This document shows, in pieces, positions 1 to 10,895 of a stretch of 64,000 nt of DNA. A program made the position numbers and the translations under genes. The DNA is from Tetramitus jugosus (Eukaryota > Protista > Heterolobosea). Location of the stretch: positions 310,001 to 374,000 of the forward strand of contig OW569358.1 of assembly GCA_937625935.1 (NCBI GenBank), read 5' to 3'. Position 1 is the stretch's first letter; each line of letters starts with the position of its first letter. Below the pieces are notes generated by a model. That model was not told the origin of the DNA, did not search any database, and saw only the letters and a list, made by a program, of their open reading frames with translations.

Positions 1-3000
1 TACGAGATGAAATCATGAATGGGGAGTCAGGAATAATTCAACAGCTGCTCAAATATAACCCCATACAAGTTCTTGCGAATATTAAATCAATATTATCAAA
101 GATAGGACCATTTTCGCTGCTTATACCTTCACCGACTATCGCCGCTGAACACATGCCAGAAACTATCGATCTATTTAAGTCTAATATTCAACCTTATTTG
201 AGCGAGTCTATTCGAGCACAACTACTCAGTGACATTGAAAGAAGTTACAAACAGGAATTAGAAGCATCTAAGAGAGATATTTTCTCACCAGCGTCTCTCA
301 ATATTACAAAGCATGGTCGAACGAGTTTTTGGAAATATAATCACCCTGAAATGAGACCGAAGAAATATATTCATGTAATTAGACAGCAACTCTGTCGTTA
401 CTTTCCATTTGTTTCCCAATTCTTCGAGAAATTGTCAGACTACGATATTGTCACAATTAAATTTTTCATTATGAGTCCGAAGTTCAAAAAGATGATTGGA
501 GGATCTTCATCGACAACAACACGATTCCAGCAGAGGCTGATAAATGTAGCAAAAGTATCCATGGAGGGAAGAATTATTGACGTTGTCCCAACGGCCAGAA
601 GTCAAAATCGAAAGTCTCCTCACATTATTAATCATTTGCCTTCGCTTCTCCAGAGTATTAGATTTTCTATGCAATTGCGTCGTGAAAGCAAGAGAAACTT
701 CTTGTTATTCCTTAAAGGATTATATATTCCTGGGACAAATACTCACACAGAGTACATCCAACACAAAGTCAAACGATTTTTGGATAAGGAGCGAGAAGAC
801 AAATCTGATTTTATCCAATATTTGACTCTCTTCTCGAGGCTTATGAATGGAAAATGGAAGAAACCGTTTTCTTATACCCGAATTACGGTACCAACAACGA
901 GAGAGGTGATTGCAAAATTTACAATCATGTATCGATTTCTTATGCAACGGATGTTGATAGACAAAAACGACAAAGACGAAAATGACACTGATACAGATGA
1001 CATCTCTTCATTGGAAGGACTTGAAACAATGGCATTTGAGAAGAATGAAATGAAGGAGGTAGTAGAGTACATTCAATCACAAATTACCAGTAATCAAAAT
1101 TTATCAGATGTTTCAAATATACCGAAGCGTGTGCAAGTGGTTGCTGATAGATATATTGTCCAGAATGGAGAAGAGATATTCCAACGAGCTGTCATTCTAC
1201 TGATAGATTTGTCAATATCAACTCAAAAATTACCATTCAATTGGAGGAGTATTGTATCATATTTTGTGAGAAGGTGTAGAGCTGGCACAACTCATTTAAA
1301 TCAGAGAGATGTTTTGAATATTTTAGCTTCACAATTAGAACCTGCTAAATTTTTGCAGCGTTCTAGTTTTTCACTGCCTGAGTTACGATTCCAAGGTTCG
1401 AAATTCTCTGTTGTCAATATAATAGAGGCTCTTGGTTTGTTGAAACTCCCCACTTTCCTGAATGGACCCAGAGAAAGATATTTTGATCAGTGGCGGCTCA
1501 AAGCCGTCAGCAAGTATGTTGTATCTATGTGTTGTGTGAATACTCCAAGCGATATTTCTGAAGCATGGCAAGAGTTGAGCAACTCGAAGCGAGAAAATTT
1601 AAGGTACATCATGAAATCTCTCGTGCCAACACAATCTACTCCACCTGTTATGCCGATACTTCCAAATGAGTTAAGCACGTATTCTGATCAATTCTTCAAC
1701 TTACATGTTGGAGATGTAGATAAGAATCGCAAGGAATTATATCAACAACAGCAGGCGTCTTTTCGATCATCTCTCTATGAAGGCTGGTTTGAGGGAATTA
1801 ATTACCGTGTGGTGGGTCAATACGATGTTCAAGTCAGTAATTTTGGTCTCGCTTCTGAGAAAGATGTCATGACATCTATATCAAGCAATAATCATTCTGA
1901 TATACTGCTGTTACGACTTTTGATCAAACGGTTGCTGAGAATAGTTCATACTGTCACATTTTCAGGAGCTCGCATAAAATTATCAAACGACATGAAATTG
2001 GACATCTCCGACATTGTATCCTCGATATCCAATATATCCATTGCTTCTCTCAGTCAAGAGGAAGCAGTACTACTCAATATTGGTAAAGGGATCGCGCTAT
2101 CATGCGATTTCTCAGACAAATGGTTCAAGTTAGTGTTATCTCAAGAAGCAGACATCTCCAAATACCTCAACGAATCTGACAACAAATTGATTCTTTCTGG
2201 TGAATCCTTCTTGACATCTCTAGATCCCTTCCTCGATGGCCTAACAACCAACGAAGATGTAGATTTTGAGATCTTGGACAAAGATAAGACAGTGAGGATA
2301 CAACAGAGCGAATCTGTTCTCGATGATTATATGGAGATGTCAACACAAGATTTCCAAGTTAATTCGTTTCCAGATATTGGTAATTGGGATGCTATTTCGA
2401 ACTATGGAAAACCTAAAACTCTGCAAGGAGAAGAAGTGGAGGATCTCAATATTCTTTCTCTAGAGGAAGCTGCCTTCATGGAGAACAAGGATCGACCAAC
2501 CGTATATCAAAACCGAAACGCTCCTCAACTTCCTCCCGTTGAATTGTTTCCACACTGTGAACTGCTGGTTGCCAGTGGCAATTGGTCTCTTGAAGAGCTT
2601 GGTGATGATATTAAATTCAATCATCCTGAGACTCATCCTTTGAATAGGTTGGGCAGTGTCGAACAAGAGGGTGTTGGGTGGATGAATTTGGATGATTTCA
2701 TCGCTCCAGGCATCAATACGCATGCTCTTGGAGAGAGGAGTGAACGAGATGCTCAAGATTATGAATGGATAGACAACTTTAAGTACTACCCAGGAAGAAC
2801 GTTAGACGAGAATCGTAAATTATTTAAGCAAGAAAGAGGTATGTCGTTTGTTGATTCTATTGGTTTGTTTATTTATTACAATAGTAGGTTGTGATTGCTC
2901 ATTCATCCGTTTCTGTCTCCAGATGTAAAACGTGATCTGCTGAGTATCACTTTCGATGATCATTCACTGAAAGATCGCAAAATTCGTCAGTCAGTCCCTC

Positions 3001-3056
3001 TTTGGGACTTGGAGTTTACATTCCTCTCTGCCAGGCCATGGCAAGAATTTAGTTAA
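1..3056 (+). CDS. 5'-partial gene resembling the C-terminal half of a Bunyavirales (peribunya-like) L protein / RdRp; probable endogenous viral element. Exons <1..2838 and 2923..3056
   Basis: The frame is open back to the window edge (R-D-E-I before ATG 15). Collinear motifs KYNP (nt 51), RDIFSP (273), SFWKY (324), SPKFK (474), SFSLPELR (~1368-1388) and ILPNELSTYSDQFFNLHVG (1656) resemble remembered orthobunyavirus L motifs downstream of the polymerase core. A GTATGT(2839)..CTCCAG(2922) intron removes the TGA at 2892 and gives a last exon ending in TAA at 3054-3056. Confidence 0.6.
2839..2922 (+). other. Predicted 84-nt spliceosomal intron in the L-like gene
   Basis: AG|GTATGT donor, CTCAT branch-like motif and pyrimidine-rich TTTCTGTCTCCAG acceptor. 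Length is 3n and the intron contains the only in-frame stop. The downstream frame stays open to TAA 3056. Confidence 0.7.
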
Positions 3057-3066
3057 AACATCAAGT

Positions 3067-4452
3067 TCATTGAATAAAATCGTCGGTCGGTGGTATCTCC
3101 GGTATTTTTCCCCATGTAAACGTTGCACTTCTAAATGAATTCTTATCTTCTTCTGTGAGATCAAACTTGCTGACTTCTGGTTCTGGTTGAGCAACTGACA
3201 TAGAACTGGCAATAGGTCCGCCTGAGAAGATTTCACTTCCAACCATGTTGCTCATCTGACCAAGAGAAGAACCACTCGAGCCAAATGCTGATGCCGCACC
3301 ACCACTGCCAAATGCACTGCCTCCAAAAGCTGATGATTGTGGTGCAGATGCACTTCCAAACGCAGATCCAGAATTCATACTGGATGGGAATGCGCTACTA
3401 GCAAAACCAGATGCACCAAAAGCACTGCCAGACGAGGTAGGGAATGCACTAGCTGCTGTATTTGATGTACCAGAGAAACTACTCTGACCAAATGCTGACT
3501 GTCCTGATGGTTGATTGGCGGTGGAGCTGAATGCAGATGATCCAAAGCCACCACCACTACCACCAGCAAATGCAGACGACAATGTGTTGCCAGAAGAAGC
3601 GCCAAATGCCGATTGATTCGATGTGTTAAATGCTGAAGAAAATCCACGGTTGTCCTTGTTCGATGAGTTGAAACTCGATTGACCGAAAGCAGATCCACCC
3701 GTTGCTGTTGATGCTAAATTATTATTGAAGGAGGAGCCACTGCCGTTTCCAAATGCACTGCCTCCACTGGATGTTGGGAACGCAGAAGATGAAGAAAAGG
3801 AAGATGATCCAAATCCAGCACCAACACCACCACCTGTGCCACTGCTCTGTCCACTACCAAATGCACTGCTGTTTCCAGTGGTAATTGCTGAGAAGTTTGT
3901 GTTTGCAGAACTAGAGAATGCACTCTTACCAAATCCACCACCACTGCCACCACCACCAAAAGCAGATCCACTGTTAAACGTAGACTGACCAAATCCACCA
4001 CCACCACCACCTACACTACCACCACCAGTGGGAAATGTTGATTGTGATGTTGATGAGAATGCACTCTGACCAAATCCTCCACCTCCACCACCACCAATAG
4101 TTGAATTAAACGTGGATTGACCAAATCCTCCACCTCCACCACCACCAATAGTTGAATTAAACGTGGATTGACCAAATCCTCCACCACCAACATTGCTGTT
4201 GAATGCAGATTGACCGAATCCACCACTGTTTGAACCGAATGCAGATCCACTGGTGATATTATTTTGGGACGACTGAAATGGATTTCTTTGGTTGTTGTTA
4301 TTATTTCTGTTGTTGTTGTTATTATTGTTGTAATTGTTATTGTTATTGTAATTGTTCTTGTTATTGTAGTTGTTATTGTTAAAGTTTTGGTTATTGTTGT
4401 GATTGTTGTTATTGTTCTTATAGTTCTTTTTCTTGTTCTTGTTGTTGCCCAT
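3067..4452 (-). CDS. NUP42: FG-repeat nucleoporin, Nup42/NUPL2 (hCG1)-like
   Basis: N-rich N-terminus, many FGxSxF/SAFG repeats, and C-terminal FRSATFTWGKIPEIPP matching the Gle1-binding tail of Nup42/NUPL2. First ATG is at 4452. Confidence 0.85.
   Translation of the reverse strand: MGNNKNKKKNYKNNNNNHNNNQNFNNNNYNNKNNYNNNNNYNNNNNNNRNNNNNQRNPFQSSQNNITSGSAFGSNSGGFGQSAFNSNVGGGGFGQSTFNSTIGGGGGGGFGQSTFNSTIGGGGGGGFGQSAFSSTSQSTFPTGGGSVGGGGGGFGQSTFNSGSAFGGGGSGGGFGKSAFSSSANTNFSAITTGNSSAFGSGQSSGTGGGVGAGFGSSSFSSSSAFPTSSGGSAFGNGSGSSFNNNLASTATGGSAFGQSSFNSSNKDNRGFSSAFNTSNQSAFGASSGNTLSSAFAGGSGGGFGSSAFSSTANQPSGQSAFGQSSFSGTSNTAASAFPTSSGSAFGASGFASSAFPSSMNSGSAFGSASAPQSSAFGGSAFGSGGAASAFGSSGSSLGQMSNMVGSEIFSGGPIASSMSVAQPEPEVSKFDLTEEDKNSFRSATFTWGKIPEIPPTDDFIQ
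4067..4185. repeat. Perfect 51-bp tandem repeat (2.3 copies) within the FG region
   Basis: 4067-4117 is identical to 4118-4168, plus a partial third copy. It encodes STFNSTIGGGGGGGFGQ units. Confidence 0.95.
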
Positions 4453-4589
4453 GATGATCAAGTGTTGTTGATTTCGTTTTGGTTTTTTGTGTCGTTTGTT
4501 GAAATTTCCCGCCAATGCAATCCACAAGAGAGAAAAAAGCAACATCCAATTTGATCAAAAATTCAAAGTCAAGGGCACAAAAGAAGAAT

Positions 4590-6983
4590 ATGTCGAATTG
4601 TGAGTCAATCGTTAGAGAAACTTCATTATATACACTTGACCTCCCATCAAGAAAATCCAAATTTCTCGATCGTCACTCTCTCGTCTATCAACATGGAAAA
4701 TCATTCGTTTTTTTTTCTGTGGAAACGGGCACAAGACTCTCTCAGACATGCAACATTCCTGATCTACCTGAGAACAATTTAATGGTTTGCAGCAAGAACA
4801 AGGAGTGCGTGTTTGTGAGTACAACTGATGGCAATTTGCTTTCACTGGACTGTGCCAGTGGAAACACAAAGAGTATTGTTTCATTGCGTAATGTGAAGAC
4901 TGTGTATCAAATTGTGGAATTGAGTGATGGTAGTCTGTTGTCTGTGACTGATCGTGGATTGTTTGTTGATGCTCAGGCACAAAATCATCTCGGATCAGTG
5001 TATGGCGAAGCAACAAGTGTCAGTGCTCACCCAATCATGCCATGTGTTGCATTGTTGTCAAATGGAAGAGTGGTCGTGTATACATTGAACACTAACACGC
5101 ATCTATTGGAAGAGATTTCTCAACGTGATGGACTTGAGATGAATAATCCTTCTTATGCACGTGTTTTTATGGACGATAGTGAGGGATTGTGGATTCTTGA
5201 AACAAACTCTAGTTCAAATTTATGGTTTAAACTGTTTCAGCATGTGGAGGGTAGACTCACTGATCCAACTCCAAAGAAATTTGAGTTGTTGGGTTCAATT
5301 ATTTTGCACATGACATGTGTCGATCAATTGGTAGTGATTATTAGTGCAACACATGACTTTGGACGATTTTATGCATTCTTGTATGACTCTAAAGAAAACA
5401 AGTCATATTACTATTCTTTGCAGTGCTCTGGTGGTCAATATCAACAAGTTGTCTTCCATGATTTCTTAGTTCTTCATGTTGTGCGTCAAGGAACAGGTAT
5501 AGATTTGAATATTCTAGGATTGAAGGATCGAGGAGAAATGGTGGTCTTTACATTTGAATCGCACACCTCTCATGAATTATTACAATATGTCAATCGATTG
5601 AAATCACTCGATTTTTTCCCACGCTTAGACTACCTATTGGAGCATCAATTGGCCGCAATTATTTGTTCTGCAATCAACGAAAACCGAAAGAGACCAAATT
5701 TGCCATCATATGATAACAGAGCGCAAAAAGGCTCGGTATTAGGTGAGTCATTAAACGAAATGCACGTGTTTCAATGGTTGTGTCAAAAGGTTCGGATGCT
5801 GAAGGAAGAAGCTGCTAGTACCTATGAACCACTGATCGACGAAGAACACCCTGAAGCAAGACGATTACTTGATCAGTACGAGAAGGAGGAAATGCAAACT
5901 CGATTGACGAATTGCTCGTCGCAATTATATTCCCTATTGACAATTTTCGACACCTTGGCGCCCACAGAACAGTTATGTCGTTCCTTTGAAGTTGATAGAG
6001 CAGATATTGAACGTTTTGCTTTTGTCCTAGATATTTTAGCTCTGTGGCTCGCTGATGGTCTATTGCCGCTTCCTCGCTTAGGAACACCTCACACTCTCGT
6101 CGGTGTCTCACGACATGTCGCTTCGACTCACCATGACGAATACATTCAGAGTATTCTCAGGACGATCGTTCCAAAACAAAATGATCAATTCAGCTTCATT
6201 TCATTCTTTACCCAAACTATTGGACTTAAGAATAATGTCACTATACTCGAGGTAATTAAACATATAGTGAGCAAAAAGGACATACCAATCGACCATGTGC
6301 ATATGATCCTCTTTTATTTTATGACAAACCTACCAGAATCAAATGAGAGTAACACTAGTCTAGAACACTACGCTAAAAGATTCCAGTTATCCGAGAAGTT
6401 TCAGAGATTTGTGATTGGTGCCTGTTCGTTCGATAGGGGGCAAGTCAAAGAGTCCTACCACTTTTTAATTCAGTCAGGACTGAACAAACTGAATGAGATG
6501 AAAAATGGAGAGACATTGATTCGTGATTTGGTTTACTGGTACATCTATAATGGATATTATAACTTTGCAATTGATGTAATTCGAGCATATAACTGTGACA
6601 AACGTGAATCAACCTTCTCATCATTGAGTTTTGTCGCTGATCTTGGATTATGTCCAGATTCTATGCATTTGGTCTTCCTCCATTGCAGACAGTTACAAGA
6701 CAATGAAAAGTACTTCAAGATCATGTTGGGATACTGTCAAATGAAGAATATGCTCACAGAATTTTTCTCTCTGCCCTTTTCAGAACACGAAGTGGATATC
6801 ATCAAAAAAACAGTGAAAACCGAGCAATTGCTCCTCTTTTGGATCATACAAGGCAAAATGGAAAAAGCTATCCAAATGCGTGATAGTCCAATATCTTCCA
6901 AGTTAACCCCGGTGGTGGAGAGTGTATCTCAATTGGTTCCTGACATACCTCGCCCCAGTAAAAAGAGGCTCGAGCTAAGATAA
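4590..6983 (+). CDS. ELYS/AHCTF1-like nucleoporin (N-terminal beta-rich region plus ELYS helical domain)
   Basis: HMILFYF..YAKRFQLSEKFQRFVIGACSFDRG and FFSLPFSEHE..LLLFWIIQGKMEKA resemble the ELYS helical domain. Basic C-terminal PSKKR may be an NLS. ATG 4590 is preferred over 4515. Confidence 0.7.
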   Translation: MSNCESIVRETSLYTLDLPSRKSKFLDRHSLVYQHGKSFVFFSVETGTRLSQTCNIPDLPENNLMVCSKNKECVFVSTTDGNLLSLDCASGNTKSIVSLRNVKTVYQIVELSDGSLLSVTDRGLFVDAQAQNHLGSVYGEATSVSAHPIMPCVALLSNGRVVVYTLNTNTHLLEEISQRDGLEMNNPSYARVFMDDSEGLWILETNSSSNLWFKLFQHVEGRLTDPTPKKFELLGSIILHMTCVDQLVVIISATHDFGRFYAFLYDSKENKSYYYSLQCSGGQYQQVVFHDFLVLHVVRQGTGIDLNILGLKDRGEMVVFTFESHTSHELLQYVNRLKSLDFFPRLDYLLEHQLAAIICSAINENRKRPNLPSYDNRAQKGSVLGESLNEMHVFQWLCQKVRMLKEEAASTYEPLIDEEHPEARRLLDQYEKEEMQTRLTNCSSQLYSLLTIFDTLAPTEQLCRSFEVDRADIERFAFVLDILALWLADGLLPLPRLGTPHTLVGVSRHVASTHHDEYIQSILRTIVPKQNDQFSFISFFTQTIGLKNNVTILEVIKHIVSKKDIPIDHVHMILFYFMTNLPESNESNTSLEHYAKRFQLSEKFQRFVIGACSFDRGQVKESYHFLIQSGLNKLNEMKNGETLIRDLVYWYIYNGYYNFAIDVIRAYNCDKRESTFSSLSFVADLGLCPDSMHLVFLHCRQLQDNEKYFKIMLGYCQMKNMLTEFFSLPFSEHEVDIIKKTVKTEQLLLFWIIQGKMEKAIQMRDSPISSKLTPVVESVSQLVPDIPRPSKKRLELR

Positions 6984-7043
6984 AATCGCGCCAATTTTTC
7001 ACTACGACTTGTGAACTCAAATCAGAATTAATAATATAAATAA

Positions 7044-9921
7044 ATGAACTTGGACCAAGTAGACTTTGATCAATTTCCTCCAGAACTACTGAATGAGAGG
7101 AATAAAGAGTTATCTAAGCAGGTATGTGTCCAAATTACTATTTCTTCCCTCATCAAGCGATCGGTAACAAAACTAAAACTTTCTTTTCCAGGTCAAGCAA
7201 AATGAGCTGCTCTTAAAACAAAAGGGAGCTCTTCTGAACGACCAAGAAGAGAGAGCGAAAATTCTTGAGGAACATTTGAAGAATGTTCAGTCCGAATTGT
7301 TTCAAACCCAAAGGTTAGTGGAAGCAAAAGACAAGGAGATTGCAACTGAGAATCATTTAAAAATGTTGGCCGAGCGAGAGATAGGACGACTAGAGAGTGA
7401 GGTAAAAAAAGTTGATATCAAAGAAGCAGAGATTCAAGAGCAAACAGATATTGTTCAGAGTGATATCTTCAGAGCCAACGAAAAGATGGATAAGTTTAAG
7501 GCCAAGATGAATTTTAACCAGGAGGAGTTGGAGCAATGGACACTCGCAGAACAACAGAAAGAAGATGATTTTATAGCTCTTGAAAAGTATAGGAGACAAG
7601 ATGAAGCGAAAATCAAACAAATGAATCTGGAAATTGAGAAATTGAATCATACCGTGCTTGAAAAGAAGAGAGAATTACAGGACCTAATTACAGAAACACA
7701 GAGTGCACAAATTGAACTGGATAAAACTGCAGAGGACTTTAAGACTTTGCATCGAGAGAGGCAAGCCTTAGTTCAACAATGGGAGGAAGCTATCGAGGCG
7801 ATGAATAGAAGGGATGAGATGATTCAGAGAGCTGGAGAAAAATTTGCAGCTCACAAGCAAACCTATCAAGAGAAGAAGGAGGAGATGTTTCAAGAGAGCG
7901 AACATCTAAAAGCTCATGCAAAAAACAACAGACAGCTGGATGGTCAAATACAAGCTCTGAATAGAGTAGTAGAGAAACAACGTGATGATTACAATCAACA
8001 GGAAACGCTTCTCAATGAGTTGAATGACGAGCTAGAAGTAATCCGAAATACATTAGCCAAGGCCAGTACCGACCTGAATAGTAAACGAAGTCAAAACAAA
8101 GAGTTGCAAACAAACTTGAAAGATAAGGTGAAGAAATTAGATTCCTTGGTGGAAGGAAAGGTGTCAACAGTAGAAGAGATCCAAAATAATGAAAAGATGT
8201 TAGGAAATTTAGAAGAGCAATCCAAATATATTTATTCTGTTCAACAAGAACTTGATACTAAGCTAAAGTTTTTGGACAAAAAACTTGATGAGTTGAAGGT
8301 TAATCAGTACAAGCAATCTCAATTGTTGTTTAATGCAAAACAGCAAGAAGCGAATTTAGTAGCAGATATATCTGGAACTCATGCTCAAAATAAGAACATG
8401 AGCTCGAAAATTGCACAGATGGATCAGGAAGCCTTTAAACAACAAGAGTTGTTGTATAACATTGAATTTCAAATTCAACAGATGGAGAGGAAGGTAAACA
8501 GAGCTCAAGGAGAAAGAACGGAGGAGGAAAAGGAAGTTCTGAATCAGAAGATTAAAGAACTTCAAGCAGACCTCGACGAGTTGGAAGAGGAGCAAATTAT
8601 GCTTGGAAAGGAGTTCAAGAAAATTCAAAGTGAAGTCAGAACGATGAAGAGAGAAGTTGAGAAAAAGAAACAAGACAAGCTTGGTTTGGAAGAGAAAGTT
8701 CATGACCTAGGATTAGAAAATGAAAGTCATGAGTCAGAATACAAACAGATTCAGCGATTGAAAGAAGAATCACTAGTACAGCGTGATGTTCAAAAGCTTC
8801 AAGTGAATAGATTAAGAGATATTTTGAGATCAAGAGCAGATGAAGTCAGCGGATTAGAAAATAGAAAATTTCAACTCGATGTAGCATATATGGAAAAGGA
8901 AGAACAAATCAAAGCACATAAGGATTATCTGAATTTACAACTAAAGAGTGCAATGGAAGAGAGACGTAAACTGGGGTTAGAACTCAGTGAACGTAAGGTC
9001 CATATTGATAAATTGAAGAACAAATTCAATATTATGGTTCAACGATTAACACCTGCCAGCGAAGACGGCACAGTAGAGGATCAAGAACAAATTAGTCAAG
9101 CTCAATTTTTAATACGTGCGATCCAAGAACGTGAAGAACTTCAAAGAGAAGGAGATATGCTTGATCAAGAAATTCAAAAACTAGAAGCTCAAGACAGAGC
9201 ACTTGATGTTACCTTGCAAATGTTCAAACGAACAAATACTAACCATTTAGAAAACTACAAACAAGTTAGCAAGGAACAACATGCTCAACACAACGCAAAG
9301 AAAACTACTCTTGAAAGGAAAGCACGTGAGTTAGATGCGATGATGAGTAAGAGAATCGAAGAAAGAAATTTGTATGCTGATCAAGCACAACAGAGTAACG
9401 AACAACTTCAAGGTGTTCTGGCCCAAAAGAGGGAAGTAGAGGTTAAAAGTGATATGCTAAGAGGATCAAAGAAGCAAATTGAGGCAGAAGTACAAAAATT
9501 GAGCACCAGTATGAAAACACAGGAAACACTGATGAAAAATCAGATCCAGGAAATCAAAAAGAAAATGGTGAAAATGAAGGATGAAGCTCCACTTATTAAG
9601 TCTCAAGTCAAAGATGTTGAAATCGTCGATCTTAAGCTCAGAAATATAAATGCCTTGAAATGCCTGGAGATGATCGTCAAGGAAGACCTATCTATGGCTT
9701 CAACCCTGGAAAGGTTACTGGCTGAACACGGGATCGTTGTTCCAAAGTCTCCACTGCAATCATCCAACTCAAGCAACTCACTCTCCCGGTTGAGCTCGAG
9801 TCGATTAAGTTCTTCTAGAGTCAGCATCAATAGTGCTCGATCCTCTGTTCGCTCTTCTACAAGCAGTACAGGGTCCAGAGGAAGTGTCACCAGCGTAAAA
9901 AACATTGAGATTAGCCTGTAA
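7044..9921 (+). CDS. CCDC39: Coiled-coil domain-containing protein 39 (FAP59, axonemal ruler). Exons 7044..7121 and 7192..9921
   Basis: LEEHLKNVQSEL, MNFNQEELEQW..KEDD...LEKY and ETQSAQIELDKTAEDF motifs. A phase-0 intron GTATGT(7122)..CAG(7191) restores the N-terminus. Confidence 0.92.
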
Positions 9922-9989
9922 AAAATGAATACAATTCAATCAGATGGCTGAACCTTTCATAAAACTTGCAAACAAAAAAACCAAAGCAG

Positions 9990-10844
9990 ATGAGCACAAC
10001 GACAACACCAATCGATCCCAACAAAAACTACTATGAAATATTAGGATTGTTCAACACGCAACAATTTGAATTTGATCCAACCACCATCTCCAATGAACAA
10101 ATCAAGAGTGCCTATAAATCACTGGCCAAAATTCATCATCCGGATCGAGGGGGCAATCAACAATTGTTCGAACAAATCAACACTGCATATGAGCTGTTGT
10201 TGGATGAGAAGAGTAGAAAACAGATTGATGCCACATGGATTCAACAGAAGCAGAAGCGAGAATATGAGAGTAAATTGAACCAACAGAGCAAATTGTTGAG
10301 AGATCAATTGGAACAACGAGAGAAACGCTATAGGGATGAAACTATGAAAAAAGCGACAAGTGCATCATCATCTCCCTACAAGAGAGCCAAACTATTCAAT
10401 GACAATCAACCGGATGTTGGTGATACTGAAGAGATTGACCGCATCAAAACAACGGGGTACGATGCACTGCGAAAGATTCAAGAACAACACAGGAAAAGAC
10501 AAGAAGATTTACTGATGGCACACCAGAGACAACGCACAGATGAATTGCTAACCACTTCAAAGAAGGCAACTTCTTCAATGCCACAAAAGAACGGCAAGAC
10601 GAATATTGTGGAGCCAAATGACCATATGAATAGTCGTTCTTCCATTTTTATTGCGAGGTGGAAAGATAAGGCGGATGTCGAACAGATTGAGGCTCAGATC
10701 GTACAGCTGTTGGGACCGATTGATAAATTCGTGAAAATGAAGGGAAAGAAAAAGGCGATTGTATCGTTGAAGAAGGCAATGTCCATCAAGGAGACTGAAA
10801 CGAAATCACTGCCCTATGGATTGAATCTTGAACCAAGTGGATGA
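9990..10844 (+). CDS. DnaJ-domain protein, DNAJC17/Cwf23-like
   Basis: NYYEILGL...AYKSLAKIHHPDRGG...AYELL J-domain, followed by a coiled coil and a possible degenerate RRM-like C-terminus. Confidence 0.8.
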   Translation: MSTTTTPIDPNKNYYEILGLFNTQQFEFDPTTISNEQIKSAYKSLAKIHHPDRGGNQQLFEQINTAYELLLDEKSRKQIDATWIQQKQKREYESKLNQQSKLLRDQLEQREKRYRDETMKKATSASSSPYKRAKLFNDNQPDVGDTEEIDRIKTTGYDALRKIQEQHRKRQEDLLMAHQRQRTDELLTTSKKATSSMPQKNGKTNIVEPNDHMNSRSSIFIARWKDKADVEQIEAQIVQLLGPIDKFVKMKGKKKAIVSLKKAMSIKETETKSLPYGLNLEPSG

Positions 10845-10895
10845 TTCGGAAACAAGTTCTCTCGTGTCTTACGCATGAATGATCATAATAATAAT

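Noticed and set aside
2892-3056. TGA readthrough, selenocysteine or alternative genetic code in the first ORF
   Set aside because: A canonical 84-nt intron explains the in-frame continuation, and other genes use TGA as a normal stop.
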